Below are positions 34,801 to 35,099 of a stretch of DNA of 35,099 bases, piece after piece; position 1 is the first letter of the stretch, and each line of letters starts with the position of its first letter. The translations under genes and the position numbers were made by a program. Origin of the DNA: Alkalispirochaeta sp. (GTDB lineage: Bacteria; Spirochaetota; Spirochaetia; DSM-27196; Alkalispirochaetaceae); contig CBDESZ010000032.1 in assembly GCA_965242725.1 (NCBI GenBank), forward strand, positions 1-35,099, read 5' to 3'. The notes below the pieces were generated by a model that saw nothing but the letters and a program-made list of their open reading frames with translations, was not told where the DNA came from and searched no databases.

Positions 34801-35099
34801 GATCCACGCTCCAATATGACGGGGCGATTCCGCAACTCGTTTGTATCTTTCTCCCGGGGAGGGACGTTCTCCGCGAGGATCTCCCCCACGGAACGTATTG
34901 CGGTGATGAGAGAAACCTTCAACCGTCCCTGTGCAATACCCTCAGTCAGAAGGGAGACGACGGAGTTCCACCGTTCCCGGGGAACCACTTGTGCGATTCC
35001 CCTGTCGGCAATGAGTTCCACCCGCCGTTCCAGGAGGGATACAAAGATAAGGACCCCCGTGCGATCGGCGGTATCGTAGACACCGGACTCCATAAAGTG
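34797..35099 (-). CDS. Partial CDS (C-terminus): second TPM-domain protein
   Basis: T.DRTGVLIFVSLLERRVELIADRGI and NEL.N.P; frame open to the window edge; 4-bp overlap with the downstream TPM gene. Confidence 0.85.
   Translation of the reverse strand, partial: HFMESGVYDTADRTGVLIFVSLLERRVELIADRGIAQVVPRERWNSVVSLLTEGIAQGRLKVSLITAIRSVGEILAENVPPREKDTNELRNRPVILERGS

Overview
GC-rich (roughly 55-60% by eye) bacterial chromosomal window with about 33 CDSs. Gene content and lipoprotein signals suggest an anaerobic free-living spirochaete (Spirochaetaceae-like), but this is inference only. I saw no rRNA, tRNA, CRISPR array or mobile element. All family calls come from motif recognition, not searches. 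Two loci stand out. (1) 28316-32018 is a tightly coupled four-gene operon: a SiaB-like HATPase kinase, a SiaC-like phospho-acceptor, a SAM methyltransferase resembling the Ralstonia quorum-signal synthase PhcB family, and a ~6-TM PP2C/SpoIIE phosphatase. It sits between a PAS-GGDEF-EAL gene and a 7TM-PAS-GGDEF gene. It is a candidate cell-cell signalling circuit in which a methyl-ester signal feeds a partner switch and c-di-GMP instead of a two-component system. (2) 7858-12644 is a six-gene sulfur-relay operon: YeeE split into two genes around a TusA/YeeD carrier, a thioredoxin reductase with an altered nucleotide-binding motif fused to a CxxC-less thioredoxin-like domain, and two lipoprotein rhodaneses. 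It lies behind a Rex/CRP-like box. Other observations: recurrent promoter-like -10 hexamers 5-7 nt before start codons (leaderless transcripts), a dienelactone-hydrolase paralog lacking the catalytic His, tandem exported atypical GGT-like Ntn hydrolases, an orphan degenerate ABC half-transporter, and EtfBA coupled to a ZIP transporter.
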